A DNA stretch of 64,000 nucleotides from Eledone cirrhosa (lineage: Eukaryota): NCBI GenBank assembly GCA_964016885.1, contig OZ024754.1:16182001-16246000 (forward strand), read 5' to 3'. The notes under the pieces are model-generated. The model did not search any database and was not told the DNA's origin. It was given only the letters and a program-made list of their open reading frames with translations. Below, piece after piece: positions 54,273-64,000 of the stretch. The first letter of the stretch is position 1. The number at the start of each line of letters is the position of its first letter. Made by a program: the position numbers and the translations under genes.

Positions 54273-54357
54273 CTGAGGGAATTATGGTTTTTTCTCTTCT
54301 CTTCCAGCTCTGCTCTCTCCACTTGTATTGCTGCATATTGTTCTTGTAAAAATGTCT
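54273..54357 (-). CDS. UVRAG: UVRAG exon (coiled coil)
   Basis: TFLQEQYAAIQVERAELEEKRKNHNSL(R); TAG/GTAAAA; 85 nt, phase 1-2 fits both neighbours. Confidence 0.88.
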
Positions 54358-54389
54358 CTAAAAAACAAAATAAAAGATATTTCCATATT

Positions 54390-54748
54390 TAGCTTATCGA
54401 ATCTACTAGATTTTGATATTTATTTTTAAAAACAATACCTTAACCCTTTAGCATTTAAACCAGCCGTATCCGACCAGAATTCTCTTACTTCTTTCTGTTC
54501 AAACCCGCTGTAACTGGCTGCTCATACTTATGTTAAGGTATTGTTTGCAAACTAAATAATATTAAAATCTCGTAGATTCAATATTATGTGAGATAAAGTG
54601 TTTACTGTGAAAATACAATAATAAATATAAAGTAATGTAAATGCTAAAAGATTAATGTCAGTATGAGCGGCCAGTTACGACCGGTTTGAACAGAAAGTGG
54701 TGAGACAATTCTGGTCGGATATGGCCAGTTTAAATGCTAAAGGGTTAA
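54390..54748. mobile_element. MITE nested in opposite orientation inside another copy of the same family
   Basis: Inner copy 54440-54655 is bounded by TTAA on both sides and splits the outer consensus aacaatacc-TTAA-catcagtatgag. Confidence 0.88.
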
Positions 54749-55229
54749 AGCTGATGAATTGAAAAATTTGAATGAATCAAATCAGATTCAACAATTTAAT
54801 ACAGACGATATTTTCAGAGCATCTTTTTTATTTTCCCAGTTGAAATATTTTACTACATTTAACAATCTTAATTGTTAAATATAGTTAGTATCAGCAATGG
54901 AAAGACCAATGAAAAACACTGTCTCCTTTGTCCAATTTGATGAGTTCCACCTCACTCAGGAAGCAATTGAAGTCTGGGGTTTGTTGACCATTTCTTAATC
55001 TTAATTATCTTCATGGAATTAGACCTAATTAACTTTACTAAGATTTTGTAAATAAGAGATTTAAGAAACAGTAGGTAAGTTCAAATAAAAATATATTCCA
55101 TCAAGTATTTAAAAACTATATAGTAAAGATATTAATTCCAATTTTTAAAATGTATTTTAAAGATAAATGAGCTCATTACCACCATCTATGTTGATGGCAT
55201 TGGTGGCAATAAATTACATCAACACTCAC

Positions 55230-55356
55230 TTCTAATATGATTGTCATTTGTTAAGGAATCCCTCTCATCCTTTTGACTTTGTAAGTTGGCCGACTGCCAT
55301 TGCATTTCACTCTGCAGTTGGTGGACTCGCAGTAACATCTCTTCTTTTGCAGAACG
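55230..55356 (-). CDS. UVRAG: UVRAG exon (coiled coil)
   Basis: RSAKEEMLLRVHQLQSEMQWQSANLQSQKDERDSLTNDNHIR; TAG/GTGAGT; 127 nt, phase 0-1. Confidence 0.9.
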
Positions 55357-55773
55357 CTATTAAGAAAAGAAAATTTTTTATACGAGATAATAAACATATA
55401 AAAAAAAAAATTATATTTTAAAATCTTCATTATTTTGATACCAAAATGTCTGAAACTGATTGTGGTTCTATGATACAGAGTTGTTTATTTTAAGACAACA
55501 ATGATGATGGCAAAAACTGCTGCTGCCAGTAGTTCAATAATGAGAAAGTTCAGATATATTCTTGATTATTTTCAAAATCATTTGAAAACCACATGTAGCA
55601 TCTTTCATAAGAAATGTGGTAACAAGAGTTTTAAATACAAGTGATGTCTTTCATAAGAAATATGATTATGAAAGGGTTACAAGTTAGTGATTAATACACT
55701 AAACTATAGTAATTCAGATATTGTATATTCAAACTTTCTTACCAAAGCCAGTAATTCTTATCATAGATCATAC

Positions 55774-55879
55774 CTTTATATTTTTCTCTTTTGATGCTTC
55801 AAGTTGTTGTTGAATATCATGTCGAAGTCTTTTGGCAGTTGCTCTATTTTGTCTGATAGCACGCAATATTGTGTTTATT
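55774..55879 (-). CDS. UVRAG: UVRAG exon (start of coiled coil)
   Basis: INTILRAIRQNRATAKRLRHDIQQQLEASKEKNIK; CAG/GTATGA; 106 nt, phase 2-0. Confidence 0.9.
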
Positions 55880-56097
55880 CTGTAACAAAAACCAGATAAT
55901 AACAATAATAATGGTTTCTACTTTTGGCACAAGGCCAGCAATTACCCAGTACATTACTGGTACTCTATTTTATCGACCCTGTAAGGATGAAAGGCAAAGT
56001 TAATGAGGCCAGACAAAGATAATAATCATTTTTTCCTTCCCACTGACACAGACTTCTGAATTTATAGAAATGTGTTGCTGATAAAATAAGTATTTAC

Positions 56098-56192
56098 CTT
56101 GTAAGAGAATTGTGTCCATATGAAAATATGAGATTGGAATGTTCTGTTTGATAAAATGAGCGAGAAATATCTCGAGGGAGTTTAGCACATTT
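56098..56192 (-). CDS. UVRAG: UVRAG exon
   Basis: KCAKLPRDISRSFYQTEHSNLIFSYGHNSLT(R) (cf. SYDVFSLLR); CAG/GTAAAT; 95 nt, phase 0-2. Confidence 0.85.
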
Positions 56193-56397
56193 CTGAAATT
56201 GAGATATTAAATGTATAATTAAGTACGTGTAGATGTGTCAGATAAATTTGGGAATAAGAAAAAAATTAGCATATAAATTAGAAACAAGAGTTTTAAAACC
56301 ATTTCCCTTCATTAAAGCAGGGGTCAAATTTTAGGGCTCTAGGATAAAATAGTTGTGGGAGATAAATGTTAGAATAAGACTCTCCACAGAAATTACA

Positions 56398-56893
56398 TTA
56401 ACCCATTAGCATTTACATTACATAATTATCTCACATGATATCGAATCTATGAGATTTTGATATTTATTTTGAGAACAATACATTAACATCAGCATGAGTG
56501 GCCAGTTACAGCTGGTGTGAACAGAAAGAGATGAGAGAATTCTGGCCATATACAGCCAGTTTAAATGCTAAAGAGTTAAAGCAGAGGTTAGATTTTAGGG
56601 CCCCAGGATAAAATAGATATGGAAGATATATGTTAGAATAAGACTATCATATTGATTCTCCATAGAAATTACATTAACCTTTTAGCATTTACATTACTCT
56701 ATACATACTATTATATTTTCACGGTAAAGGCTTTACTTCAATTCTCTCACATAATATCGAATGTGATTTTGATATTATTTATTTAGAGAACAATACCTTA
56801 ACATCAGCAAGAGTGGCCAGTTACAGCTTGTTTGAACAGAAAGTGGTGAGAGATTTCTGGCCGGATATGGCCATTTTAAATGCTAAAGGGTTA
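56398..56893 (+). mobile_element. Two MITE copies within a local tandem duplication
   Basis: MITEs at 56398-56578 and 56674-56893, each preceded by the same flank attttaggg...ggataaaatag...gttagaataagact...agaaattaca. Confidence 0.85.
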
Positions 56894-57941
56894 GGGAGGT
56901 ATCTGTGGACTATTTGGTCACTTTAATTTCATGAGTAGGTTGTTTCTATTGACTGAATAACTGGAACACTCACCATCAAAACTGATGGGAAGTCGATTCC
57001 AATTCTGTAATACCTCATTAACTGAACTTGTGTAAACTTGTATTGATGGAAAGGAAAAGCATACAAAAACAGAGGCTGCTGGCTTTATATACTCGAATAT
57101 AAGCCGACCATGCAATTTTATAACTGAGAAATGGGCAAAAACCCAAACCTTATTTACAAAGAATTTGAAGTTGGTGAAAATTGCAAAAATATTGTCCCCG
57201 ATTATAAACTGACACCCCCTTTCTACCATCGATTTTTTTTAACATATTCCTTGGTTTATATTCAAGTATATAATGGTACATAATTAACAACTGAACTAGA
57301 AATTGATTTCTAATAGTTCTCTGTTGGTACAATAAAGAAATGGTGAAATATGCAATAACAGAGAGTGATGGCTTCATCATCATTGTATAAGATCTGATTA
57401 GTCTACTAACAAGGGTTGGACATGTCATCACAGACTGGTCTATACTCAGCAAAGCCACTAACCTATAGGTGAACTGGAGGAACAACATATGATCTTGCAC
57501 TCTACTGAGTGCATTTTATCATGGCACCAACACTAGGGAAGTTATCACGACTTTCACATGGCTGAAAAGTCTTCCTGACCCTTTGTTTGGCAGGTTTTCT
57601 TCAGCTGAAAGTCCTTCAATCATTTTACAGACTGTACTGGGTGCATTTATCATGTAGATCACCAAAACTAGAGAGGGTGTTGATCCCCTTACACAACGAA
57701 AGAACCCTCTCCACCTATTTGGAATGGTTTCTACAGAGGGTGCCTTTCCTATCGCCAACCAAATTTTAGGATATACTAGGTGCACTTATTGTGGCCCCAG
57801 CACTGGAGCAGTTGTCATCGATTCAGATTCAGTTCAAGAGCTCTCTTTACAGACAAGAGATGGGTGGATGTCATAGGCAGGTACCAAGTGTGGAGGTGAG
57901 AGGTGTTCGATGGGAGAGTAGACCAATTATACAGTACTCAC

Positions 57942-58034
57942 TTCTAACTGTTCTTCTGTTGGTGCAACAAAGAAATGGTGGAACATACCAAACACAAGAC
58001 TGTTTGGAGGAAACCGGATTCCATCTTTCATAGT
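57942..58034 (-). CDS. UVRAG: UVRAG exon (C2 region)
   Basis: TMKDGIRFPPNSLVFGMFHHFFVAPTEEQLE (cf. NEIIFGLNDGYYGAP); TAG/GTGAGT; 93 nt, phase 0-0. Confidence 0.88.
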
Positions 58035-58192
58035 CTATAAAAGAGAAACAAATTCTACATAAAAGAGAAAAAGTTGCAATACTTATAATAAACCAAAAAC
58101 AGGCTTGTTTAAAAAACAAAACAAAGAAACCTTATGAAAAATAATCTGTTTAACGCTCTACCAATTCTGCCAATCCACTATCCTTATAACTA

Positions 58193-58535
58193 ATAATTGT
58201 TTCTACTTTTGGCACAAGGCCAGCAAATACCCAGTACATTACTGGTACTTTATTTTATCGACCCCGTAAGGATGAAAGGCAAAGTTGACCTCGGCAGGAT
58301 TTGAACTCAGAATGGAAAGGGCCGTAATAATAATGGTTTCTTATATAGGCACAAGGCCAACAATTTTGGGGGAGGGGCAAGTCGATTAAGTCGACCCCAG
58401 TGTATTACTGGTACTTTATTTTATCGACCCCGTAAGGATGAAAGGCAAAGTTAACCTCGGCGGGATTAGAACTCAGACCGTAGCTCTATGTTGCAAAGCA
58501 TGGTGTCCAACTCTACTGATACTGCCTACCCACTC
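58193..58535 (-). mobile_element. Two adjacent SINE copies
   Basis: Shared SINE core occurs twice. Confidence 0.85.
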
Positions 58536-58621
58536 CCTTTTATAACTAATAATAATAAAAACAGATAGTTTTGCACAATTTAAAATATATGGAAATGGAA
58601 AAAAAGATCATATCAACTTAC

Positions 58622-58716
58622 TTTTGTATCCTGCAGGTGAAGACAGGATAAATAGACTTCCCATTCTAAGAATAGTTTGAACACATCATGACCAACCCAA
58701 ACCTTAACTACCAATG
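58622..58716 (-). CDS. UVRAG: UVRAG exon (C2 domain)
   Basis: LVVKVWVGHDVFKLFLEWEVYLSCLHLQDTK (cf. FVVKIWGG...LLIEWKVCLDGL); TAG/GTAAGT; 95 nt, phase 1-0. Confidence 0.92.
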
Positions 58717-59710
58717 CTAGTAAGAGTTAAGGAAACTTTAAAGTAATCTTTCAAATCTTTGAACATCAAACAAAAATATAGAAATTGAACATTTTGTTGA
58801 GAGAAAGAAAAAAATATTTACCGAAAATTTTCTATTTTTCACAAATCTTATAGGGATTGACAAAATCTTTTTGCTGAACAAACACACACATACATGTGTG
58901 TGTTTGTCTTTTTTAATCTTGAAGTATAAATAGAAGTGGAAGTAGAGGATCTACCACAAGCTGGGCAGTTTCAGATAGTTACCTCTTCTAGCTGAAACTG
59001 CCCAGCTCACCGTAAATCTTCTACTTCCACTCCACTAATATACCATCTCTGCATCTTACCATATATCAAGTACTTCTTTGATTCATGGTCTTCCAAGTCC
59101 CATTACTGCAGACTAACAATTATATATATATATATATATATATTCTGAGCAAGACACTATTTCACATTGCTCCAGTTTACTCAGCTGTAGAAATGAGATG
59201 ATAGGGACTGGGGTCCATATCATTCCACTGCAAAGTGGTCGTGGAGGTGCCGTGGCAAAAAAAGCACCCAGCACTCACTGTAAATGAGGCTGGTGTTAGG
59301 AAGGGCATCCAGCTGTAGAAATCAAGCCAGAATCAGTTCCCGTCCCACCCTTGCAAGCATGGAAAAGTGGACGGAGGATGATGATGATGTGTTTTTTTTT
59401 TTTTTGTGTGTGTGTGCGCGCGTGCGTGCGTGCGTGCGTGCGCGCGTGCGTGTGCCTCTTGCCTTAGTCCCGATATGGGCAAACATCAATTGACATGATG
59501 AGTTTCAGCCGAATATCCAAGCAGTCATTCCAGTTAGTCATATATATATATATATATATATATGTACAAAAACAAAAGTCTATATTAGTAGCATGACAAG
59601 GTCTGTCCATTATATTAGTCAATCTGGTCTGTTATTGTGTCGTTTTTTTCCCCTTTTCTTCTTGTCCTGCTCCCTTTGGTTTCCAATCATCATCATCATC
59701 ATATATATAT

Positions 59711-61230
59711 ATCATCATCATCATCATCATCATCAGGTTTAGCGTCCGTGTTCCACGCTTGCATGGGTTTGGACGGGGGTTTTCCCACTTGAGGCAAGAG
59801 TGGTTGTCTTGCTCGCATAGGACTGTCTGGCGGGTTTTCTACAGTTGGATGCCCTTCCTAACACCAACCACATTTACAGTGTGGGGCTGGGAGGTTTTTA
59901 CCGTGTTGCCTACACGGCCACATTACAGCGTGGACTGTCTGGCGGGTTTTCTACAGCTGGATGCCCTTCCTAACACCAACCACATTTACAGTGTGGGGCT
60001 GGGAGGTTTTTACCGTGTTGCCTACACGGCCACATTTACAGCGTGGACTGTGTGTTTTTTGTCGTGACACCTACACGATCTCATTTGTTTCGGCCTGGAT
60101 GTTGTGGGACCAACATAACTTTACATTGAAAGGGGCAGTGTGGAGGTGGTGGGACGGGGGTGTGTTTTGATAGAGGTGCCTACTGACGGTAGTAGGTTTT
60201 TACTTTGTATTTAGGTAAGGCGGGTCTTCTCTATTACTGAGTACCGCCAAAGGTCTCGGTCCAGTGACATTGTCTTGGAGAGGTGTAAGCGTGTGAGGTC
60301 GGAATTTATCAGCTCGTCCCATGTTTTTCTGGGTCTGCCTACTCCGTGGCTACCGTCTATCTTTATTGCCCTGCACTTTGTTATACAGCTGTCGTCTTTC
60401 ATGCGCATCACGTGACCGTACCAACGTAGCCTTCTCTCGAGTAAACAACATCTGATCCCTCTTATTTCTAATTTTTTCCTTAGTTCGTTTATGCTTTGCC
60501 GTTCACGTATATTACTGTTACACATCCAGCGGAGCATGCAAGCTTCGTTCCTCTCTAGTCTGCGTATATCCTCTGCACACAATGCCCAGGTCTCACTGCC
60601 ATGCAGCATTGCTGTTCGTATGCAGGCATCGTATAACCTGCCTTTCATTTTTAGGGAGAACCCTCTAGCGGCTAATAGTGGTATAAGCTCTCTGAACTTT
60701 TTCCATCCAGTTCTGACTCTAGCTCCTGTACTTTCAGAGCACCCTCCCCCACTGCTGATTTTGTCACCCAGATAACGGAAGCTGTCCACTATTTCTATAG
60801 AACCCTCTGCGCAGTTGAAGGAGCTAGTATTTTGTGGGCACTTGCTGCTACTTATTGCACCAGAGCACCGGCCACATGTAAAATCTATGTTCTTAGTTAG
60901 CTTACCTGTGATCCCACTACATCTTTTATGCACCCATACTTTGCATTTGGGACATAAAATGGAGTTTCTACCTACGCCTTTCCTACACACTGAGCATGGC
61001 CATTTCCCCGATGGGACCGCCGCCTTATTTTCTTTCCTACAAACTAGAACTTTAGTCTTAGCCAGGTTAATTTTAAGGCCTTTTGATTCTAGGCCGTGCT
61101 TCCACGTTTGGAATTTCTTCTCTAGTTCGGTCATTGATTCAGTTATGAGCGTTAGATCATCTGCGTATAGGAGTTCCCATGGGCAGCCGGTCTTGAACTC
61201 CTCTGTTATAGCCTGAAGGGCAATAATAAA
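59711..61230 (-). mobile_element. 5'-truncated RTE LINE, same family as 4648-7012
   Basis: ORF 60211-61230 is nearly identical to the C-terminal part of the 553-aa ORF; (ATG)n tail; both ends abut (TA)n. Confidence 0.95.
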
Positions 61231-61330
61231 TATATATATATATATATACATATGTGGTTGACAGCTGAGAGAAAAGAGTACTCAATACTGAAGTAGAGTT
61301 TTAATATTCATTTTATTAAGGCTAAATAGT

Positions 61331-61387
61331 GAGTCTTGTTACTCTAGAGTTTCGCCTGTTTATCACAAGGTCATCAGACAAGAACTC
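61331..61387 (-). ncRNA. Type I hammerhead ribozyme motif
   Basis: Minus strand: gagt-tcttgt CTGATGA ccttgt gataa acaggc GAAA ctc ta gag TA acaaga-ctc; all core boxes and stems I-III can be formed. Confidence 0.78.
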
Positions 61388-61494
61388 TTGACACATAGTC
61401 CCATGCTCTACTGAATACATTTTAATGTAGCACCCATACTTGGGAAGTGGTGCTGAAATCCTGCTTCAAGAGAAATACAGATTAAAAAGGATAC

Positions 61495-61558
61495 ATTTTT
61501 TACTTGTCTCAACCTCGTCAGATTTAGTAGTGAGATCAAAGGCCTGCCATGTTGGATT
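61495..61558 (-). CDS. UVRAG: UVRAG exon (C2 domain; most 5' exon found in the window)
   Basis: NPTWQAFDLTTKSDEVETSKK (cf. NPTWRSLDF...DTS); acceptor ttttcag; 64 nt, phase 0-1. Confidence 0.9.
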
Positions 61559-62050
61559 CTGAAAAGTAAAAAAATATATACATTAAGCAGTTTGTTATAA
61601 AGCCAGGAAACTGTACAACAGTAAACTATTCAATTAGTGGGAAAATAGTTTATCATAAATACAATAAAACATAATACCAATAAATATAAGAAAAACATAA
61701 GTACAAAAGAAAAAAAAAGAGATCCGAGATGAAAAAATAACTAAAAAAAATAACAGCTAAATAACATTTAGCTGTTTTGTTATATTTCTGATGAAAGTCA
61801 ATGCCTATTATTTAGAGGGATTTAGAAATATAACTAACTTTCTCATAATAAGTTGGTATTTGGAACATAACTGTCATTAAATTGGTATTTGGAACATAAA
61901 GGTTGTTACATAAATATGAACATGTTAACCATTTGATTACCTCAATTCTAATGAAAGACACAACCTGTAATTTTCAAATAATTTAAAAAATAAACAAGAA
62001 TTTGGAGGGATTTAGTAATATAAGTAATTTTCTCATTATTGAGTTGGTGT

Positions 62051-62230
62051 TTAACTCTTTAGCATTTACATTACTCCATATTTACTATTGTATTTTTGTG
62101 GTAAACACTTTATCTTACATAATTATCTCACATAATATTGAATCTACGAGATTTTGATATTTATTTTGAGAACAATACCTTAACATCAGTATGAGTGGCC
62201 AGTTATGGCCGGTTTGAATGCTTAAAGGTA
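62051..62230 (+). mobile_element. TTAA-type MITE with an internal deletion
   Basis: ttaactctttagcatttacattac ... tgaatgcttaaagg. Confidence 0.8.
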
Positions 62231-62379
62231 CTTATAGAAAATTATGATAGAAGATTTTTTTTAGATAAATATACTTTAAATCACAAGCCTGCAACTTGTT
62301 CAACAGAAAATAGTGATCACACACTCACACTAAACAATTTGCTTCCAAGATAATAAACACATCATTATTAGTATTATTA

Positions 62380-62650
62380 TTTTGGAGTTGTACTTGTCTG
62401 GCAAGTAATCGTATGTTGAATGGAGCCTTGATGTACTCCTACCAGCATGCTAAATTCTTCACTATAGTCATTAAATCTAACCTTGCTGACTGTTTTTCTA
62501 TACATGGCTTGTATTGCCATCACACGCCACTCATTTACAGTTTTCTAAGAATGCACCAGCTAATGCAATGGGGGACTGTCAAAGGTTTTCTCCAGATTCT
62601 CAAATGCCAAGCATAGGGTTATACTTTTAGCTAGGTACTTCTCCTGCAGT
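62380..62650 (-). mobile_element. Decayed RTE RT fragment
   Basis: Similar to 6085-6325 (LQEKYLAK, LEKTFD, VSKVR). Confidence 0.75.
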
Positions 62651-64000
62651 TACTTTATATTTAATATTTATTTCTTGGGGTTAAGATTTTCATCACACTG
62701 TCTAAGATCCGGTCACTAATATAATTCCACTGTAACTATATCAGTGACCAGGTCATAGACAGTGTGATGAAAATCTTGACACCCAGAAAATAGATGAGAA
62801 CAATTTTTGTGAGCTATTTTTTAAAAAATGTCTAAAATGACTCTTCCATGCTGAATGTCACACTTATAACCAATAGTTTAACAACTACCTTTAACACCTA
62901 GATGAAACAATAGCAGCTATGTTGTATGTTTTTGCCATTTAGTTTTGGATTGCATTCTGTCATTTTAATACAAAACATATTTAAGTTCTATAACTTTAAA
63001 CTACCTCTCCTCAACAATTAAAGTTGTTGACCTGATTTAAACGAAATATCCTTATCAATTTAAGTCCTTCTGTCTTTATCCATGTCACGTCAAGGAGTAG
63101 AATGACCAGCTTTCATTTCTCTTAACTCTTAACATCCTGTAATGATGTAATAGAAAATGTTTAAAAGTTGATCTGTTAATTCAAAGGTATATAGTATCTT
63201 CTTTAGTAATTGACAAGATTATTGTAAAAATTTGCAATAAAATAAAATAAAACTTCAAGTTTTAATGTCATGTAGTCACAGTATTGTTTTATACTTTTCA
63301 AGAATGTCTTGCTAATGCAATTTTATGTAGTACAGAGTTTGCACCTTAAAAGTTAAACTGGTTTCTATACTAAATTCAAAATGAAAATCTACATTCACTA
63401 TTTTTTTACCAACTTGAAAATTGCATGTCTGCTAGCAATTATATATTATATTTTTATCACTTTATTCAGAATAACTTTCTACATAATATCTGTTTCTTTT
63501 CAAAAGTACACCTATAAATTGGAAAATGGTAGTGCTGGAGCCACACTAAAATGCTCCCTGTACATGCTGAAAAGTGATTGACATTAAGAAAGAGTATCCA
63601 GCCATAGAAACCAGGCCCAAAACAGAACATAGGAGCATGATGTGGTCATCTCTGTGCTGCTGGTGCCATGATAAAATACATCCAGCCCACACTGGAAAGT
63701 GGGTGGCACTAAGAAGAGCATCCAGCTGTAGAAATCATGCCAGACTTGTCTAATCTCAGAACATGATAACCCACTCAATCTATTTAAATTGAATTTAAAT
63801 GTACTAATTGAATTAAAAAATTACTTTTTATTAAAACCCAGGAAAACAATACATTTGTTCTTATTTTACTGTAACATCTTTGAGAGTGAAAATCTTTCCT
63901 TCCTCTGCTAACTTTTTAAAGATGAACCAATCAAAAGTCAATAATAAAAATAATTGTTCCTACTTTAGGCACAAGGCCAGCAATTTTAAGGGAAACATTA

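Larger units (their letters stand above)
58717..61494 (-). other. U12-type (minor spliceosome) GT-AG intron of UVRAG
   Basis: Donor GTATCCTTTT (61494-61485); branch site TTTCCTTAAC (58735-58726) ending 9 nt before the end of the intron; phase 1 is consistent. Confidence 0.92.

Noticed and set aside
56918-57229. 103-aa ORF and a 31-nt AG...GTGAGT segment (56984-57014) as UVRAG exons
   Set aside because: The segment would shift the frame, there is no homology, and the flanking exons already join in phase.

Overview
AT-rich, repeat-dense eukaryotic DNA whose repeat make-up looks like a coleoid cephalopod such as octopus (inference only). Two spliced genes lie on the minus strand. The first is the first coding exon of a UBE2O orthologue (12703-12912), with an intron running off the left end. 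The second is 13 frame-consistent exons of a UVRAG orthologue (61558 down to the stop at 41385; 638 aa in the window, N-terminal exons not found here). The rest is RTE-clade and CR1-like LINEs, tRNA-derived SINEs, TTAA-flanked (piggyBac-type) MITEs, one hAT-type element with an 8-bp target-site duplication (TSD), a ~10 kb 24-bp satellite, minisatellites and microsatellites. Most short ORFs in the supplied track are artefacts. Best observations: (1) a U12-type minor intron in UVRAG carrying a sense-strand type I hammerhead-ribozyme motif ~107 nt from its donor, plus a LINE and a long hairpin; (2) a candidate frame-preserving 77-codon cassette exon in the UVRAG coiled-coil region; (3) RTE reverse transcriptases with an inserted PHD-type zinc finger; (4) a MITE inserted into its own family at TTAA next to an exon; (5) further decayed hammerheads. 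Exon boundaries were read by hand and no database search was possible, so novelty is unverified.
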